From assembly GCF_001194135.2 (NCBI RefSeq), contig NC_068986.1:73462086-73501266 (forward strand): 39,181 nt of DNA. The letters run 5' to 3'. A program made the translations under genes and the position numbers. Within the stretch, counting starts at the first letter, position 1. The number at the start of each line of letters is the position of its first letter. The DNA comes from Octopus bimaculoides. Its lineage: Eukaryota. A model generated the notes under the pieces. That model did no database searches, was not told the DNA's origin, and saw only the letters and a program-made list of their open reading frames with translations. Shown here one piece after another: positions 34,714 to 39,181 of the stretch.

Positions 34714-35776
34714 TATATATTTCCATCCATAAAGGGTTTAGCTTTATGGCATATCGTCAGATCCCCAAAACCTGTTGGCCCATAACTTCTTAAAAATATA
34801 GAGGGGAGAAATCTCTCACAGCTCAAAGGTAACACTGGGGGTTTATCTCCCTTTGCTATTGGCGATCAACTTCCAGCTGTGCCACCATCTTGTGGGCTCC
34901 ACAAAGCTAACAGGAACCTCCTGAAATGTAAACATAAATTTACAAATTTGTTTTGCAAGATTCCTGATCTGAAATTGTGTGTTGAAACAGATATTGTTAT
35001 AGTTCGGGATGATCATTTTTTTCTCTTGCCTAATAAACACACGCACTATATATTTGTTCTTCACTCATTTATAATTGCTCTTATGAACTGTAGTGGAAAG
35101 CCTTTTATGGATTCAAATATTTCTCAAACATATTTGGACTGGCATACAATTGTTTTTTTTACTTTCAGTTGCTTCCTTGCCCATCAACTTTATATCATAT
35201 ATGTTTCTTATATAATAACTGGCACTCTGTTAGTTAAGACAGCATGTGTTTCAGTTGATCCAACTTGTTGTCCACTTTTGCACTGTTGATAAAGTTCCCT
35301 TTTCCTGCAGGTACTTGATAATAAATACCATGGTGTTAAATTTTTTCAGTTTTCAAGAGAAGTCAATACTAATTACTTATGAAATTTTCTTTGAGCTGTC
35401 AGATGTCATTTTACCTGGAAAGAAACAATGCAGTTATGAATAAAAAGCTTTGAAATTAATGCATGCAAAGTATCACAGCTCTGGCATCACTCTTTAATAG
35501 TCAGCCTATGAACATTTCAGCCTACTTTTGAATATTGATTGGTCACTAAAAAACATATATTATGGACATACTGTATGAAAAACAATACATATTAGTGAGA
35601 GACAGAGAGAGTAAAAGCAATCACCCTAAGACTGAAATGTAACCGGTGTTCTCACTGCTGCTGCAGGGACAATATTTTATCTCCCTCTGATATTGAATAG
35701 TGACACCACACCTATAAGAGACATAATCTTAGAACAAATGCTTCAGAAATTGGCCTATTAGCAGTATGTATATGTT

Positions 35777-35970
35777 TATTTCTTTATTGCCCACTGGGGG
35801 CTAAACATAGAGGGGACAAACAAGGACAGAAAGGGACTAAGTTGATAACATCAATCCCAGTGTGTAAGTGGCACTTATTTAATTGAATTTGAACTCAGAA
35901 CTAACTGCAGATGAAATACTGTTAAGCATTTCACCCGGTGTGCTAACGATTCTGCCAGCTCGCTGCCCTA
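35777..35970 (-). mobile_element. SINE family A
   Basis: Perfect 15-bp TSD cagtatgtatatgtt at 35762-35776 and 35971-35985. Confidence 0.9.
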
Positions 35971-36034
35971 CAGTATGTATATGTTAAATAACATTACATA
36001 TGATACACACCCATGCACACACACACACATATAT

Positions 36035-36238
36035 ATGCTGGTGGCACATAAAAAGTACCCAACACACTATGTTAACTGGCTGGCATTAGGAAGGGCATCC
36101 AGCAGTAGAAGCCATGCCACAACAGACAATTGGAGTCTGGACAGCTCCCTGCTAGCCAGCTCCATGTCAAACTGTCCAACCCATGCCAGCATGGAAAGAA
36201 GATGTTAAGCGATGATGATGATGATGATGATGATGATA
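36035..36238 (+). mobile_element. Family C retroposon 3' end
   Basis: gctggtggcacataaaaagtaccc...ggaagggcatccagc...gttaagcgatgatgat(gat)n. Confidence 0.8.
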
Positions 36239-37509
36239 TATATAAACACACACATGAGTTTATCTTTTCATACTGGTTAACATTTCATGTCCAAGTGATC
36301 ATGCTTACTTCATTCCTTTCTACTTCCAACATTTAGGACAAAAATAAAAAATTAAATAATTGTGTCTTTAGATTCGCATTCTATGTATGTAGATTTTTTT
36401 GTAAATAGGAAATAAGCAATAAATTAAATAAGAAAAATAATAAAAAAAAAAAAATCCTCAAAAACAGTGAAGTGTAAATGACTTTTGAAATGATGAATTT
36501 TTCATGAACCTACAAAATGTGACACTCATTCTGTATTCTCTACAGCACTTCATTCCTTTTCTTTTCAAGAGTTGCAGGAGGGGAACCTAAAATACGCTAA
36601 AAGAGTGAGAAGGAGAGCAATAACAACAACAACAACAACAATAAAAATGGTTTAAATTGGCCCTAGTGGATTAGCATAAATCTTTATTCTGATGTTGAGA
36701 ATACTTTATAATGTACATTTTAATTTCAAAGACAATATTTTGAATACACTTAAAGAAGCTAGAATAATTTTTTCTTTCTCTTCATTCTTTTGTGAAAATA
36801 AGAAATTAAAAGCAAAACAAAAAGAAAAAGACAAAAACAAAAAAGACAACATCAACAAAAGCCTTTTGGGTTTCTTCTGAATTTGTAAACCATTTTATCT
36901 CGGTCCAGAATAGAGAACAGAACTGAAAAGCAGACTATTGAATGAGGAGAAAACAAATTAAGCCATAGTTAAAAATAGGTGAAAATAAAATGAAAAAATA
37001 ATAAAATATTACATATAAAAAGAATAAAAATAAAAATTGAAATCAATTTTTCCTCACCTATTCTTTAAGGTTACTGTTATTGTTATTATTTTTCACTGTA
37101 ATTTCTTGATTGAAATTTTAGTGAAGAATACTTCAATCTAATTTTGCTTGTTTAATGAATAATTTTGCAGTTATGCACAACTGTTGTTCCACACCATCTC
37201 ACCAACCATCAGCATTTTACATTAAAAGAAACAAAAAAACCCCAAAAAACTCTTCATTAAGAAGACCAATAAGATCAATGTTTTGAAGTGAGTGAGAGAG
37301 AGAGAAAGAGAGAGTGTATTCAGAAGGTTTTTATTTTAATGTTGGCACTGGTGGAATTGATGCAAATACTAGGTCATAACACCACACACTCTCAATTTGT
37401 AAGAATGGCAGAGTGCGGTATATTTGACTGAATTGGCTCCCACCATATGACATAGTTAACTTCAGAGCTGTTTATAGTTCCAATTACCGATATTGATGTT
37501 AGTGATAGT

Positions 37510-37885
37510 TTTTGTTGGCACTCCGTCGCTTACGACATCGAGGGTTCCAGTTGATCCGATCAACGGAACAGCCTGCTCGTGAAATTAACGTGCAAGTGGC
37601 TGAGCACTCCACAGACACATGTACCCTTAACTTAGTTCTCGGGGATATTCAGCGTGACACAGTGTGACAAGGCTGACCCTTTGAATTACAGGCACAACAG
37701 AAACAGGAAGTAAGAGTGAGAGAAAGTTGTGGTGAAAGAGTACAGAAGGGTTCACCACCATCCCCTTGTGAAGCTTTAGGTGTTTTCGCTCAATAAACAC
37801 TCACAACGCCCGGTCTGGGAATCGAAGCTGCGATCCTATGACTGCGAGTCCGCTGCCCTAACCACTGGGCCATTGCGCCTCCACA
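37510..37885 (-). mobile_element. Near-intact tRNA-derived SINE (third family)
   Basis: Minus head gtggaggcgcaatggcccagtggttagggcagcggactcgcagtcataggatcgcagcttcgattccc (A box tggcccagtgg, B-box-like cttcgattccc). Short A tail. 11-bp TSD ttagtgatagt at 37499-37509 and 37886-37896. Confidence 0.9.
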
Positions 37886-38199
37886 TTAGTGATAGTAACA
37901 CTGTATAACATGATTTTTGTCCTTGGGTAGCAACTGTTTTTTTATTTCCTATTTGTTTACTCCTAGAAAGTATGAAAAATGGCTATTTCCTTCAGATTTT
38001 GCTTTTCTTACATTTATTCAAAACCAAAAGAATCCCTCTCAACACACGGCTGTAATGATATCCCACTACTCTTGCTCATCAACAGAGATGCACATAGTGT
38101 CAGCCACTAAGGGACATGCTCAAGTAGTAAAGGTCAAGTAACTGACAAGCAAATCTGTGGTATTGAGCATAATATTTGCTACAATTTTTTGTACTTCTT

Positions 38200-38695
38200 G
38201 AATATGGAGGAAGGGCAGTACCCATAGATTTTACAGGCCCTCTGAGACCAGCGAACTTGATGACGTTCATGTTCTGTTTAAACTGCTTGCAAAGAGAACA
38301 TTCCACAGAACTTATGTTTTGGAGATGAAGTGCTGGGCAGAGGGATTAGTGCAGGGATGGAGGGCAAGGATTGATGATACAAAGGTGATGAGAAGTGAAG
38401 ACATGACTGGGTTGAAGGCACCTGAACAGAAAAGGTACAAGATCAGCCGGCACCAAAAAACAGAGGCTTTTAAAGCAGTGACAGAGAAGACAGAGAAAGA
38501 GAGAGGAAACAACATGCTTGTGAGTTAGAGGCTGGAGTGTGCCTGTTAGTGATTTAGTGCCTATTACTTGAGAGGCTGGATGTAGTCCGAGATGTCATCA
38601 TGTGTAACAGCAGCACCATCCCAGATGTAAGAGTAATACTCTATTGTGGGTCTCACTTAAGCCTTGTAGAGTGTCATGCCTGATGTTTATTTTAT
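38200..38695 (-). mobile_element. Decayed L2/CR1-group LINE ORF2 C-terminal fragment
   Basis: Minus translation TLYKA*VRPTIEYYSYIWDGA...DYIQ, then LTGTLQPLTHKHVVSSL, then KT*VLWNVL. These match recalled LYKAQ.RP.LEY.S.IW / LQPL.HRR.V.SL / LWN.LP motifs. Missed by the ORF track because of stops. Confidence 0.7.
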
Positions 38696-38701
38696 TGAAC
38701 C

Positions 38702-38818
38702 TCCAATGAAATGGATTAAAAGTAAACCTCTGGTGGGATGGATTAAGACTAAAGTAAAAGTAATGTCTAAAGAGATTTGAACTCTGAATGTCGAGGAACA
38801 AAACTGAATGCTGCCATG
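38702..38818 (-). mobile_element. SINE family A fragment
   Basis: gatttgaactctgaatgtcgaggaac follows a decayed gattaagactaaagt block. Confidence 0.5.
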
Positions 38819-38912
38819 CATGGTCAGTGCCAGTGACATGTGAAAGGCATCACCTTTGTATCATCAATCCATGCTGGTGACACTTGCGAGGCACCTGTGC
38901 CACTCATACACA

Positions 38913-39181
38913 AAAGGCAGCCATGCTGGTGACATGTCAAAGGCAGCCATGCTGGTGACATGTCAAAGGCAGCTGTGCTGGTGACATGTCAAAGGCAGCC
39001 ATGCTGGTGACATGTCAAAGGCAGCTGTGCTGGTGACATGTCAAAGGCAGCCGTGCTGGTGACATGTCAAAGGCAGCCATGCTGGTGACATGTCAAAGGC
39101 AGCTGTGCTGGTGACATGTCAAAGGCAGCTGTGCTGGTGACATGTCAAAGGCAGCTGTGCTGGTGACATGTCAAAGGCAGC
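38913..39181. repeat. 26-bp minisatellite (ccatgctggtgacatgtcaaaggcag)n, at least 10 copies, continuing past the window edge
   Basis: Units differ only at ccat/ctgt/ccgt. Period is 26, so not coding. Confidence 0.95.

Noticed and set aside
37801-37884. tRNA-like sequence
   Set aside because: SINE head: no acceptor-stem pairing, followed by SINE body and TSD.
38913-39181. CRISPR-like array
   Set aside because: Units are directly adjacent with no spacers; eukaryotic minisatellite.

Overview
AT-rich animal genomic DNA, most likely a coleoid cephalopod (Octopus-like). This is inferred from the SINE families and microsatellite load, not from a database match. The draft assembly has 7 N-gaps: 1958-1985, 5388-6059, 8449-8610, 12298-12307, 17498-17645, 23016-23784 and 30137-30448. 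The window is intronic/intergenic in character and dominated by mobile DNA: two decayed LINE ORF2 fragments, about 30 copies of three to four SINE-like families (several with clear TSDs), TTAA-flanked piggyBac-type MITEs, hAT/Charlie-type MITEs, several fold-back elements and many simple repeats. No host gene could be named. A possible minus-strand ORF start runs off the left edge, and a few isolated exon candidates are listed at low confidence. Almost all ORFs in the track are microsatellite, gap or repeat artefacts. The most notable observation is that the centres of at least two TA-flanked fold-back elements carry near-canonical minimal type I hammerhead ribozyme motifs (22742-22783 on +, 31917-31977 on -), with decayed remnants in others. 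This suggests Penelope-related, ribozyme-bearing hairpin retroelements rather than ordinary MITEs. Repeat boundaries were read by eye and are approximate unless a TSD or TIR is quoted.
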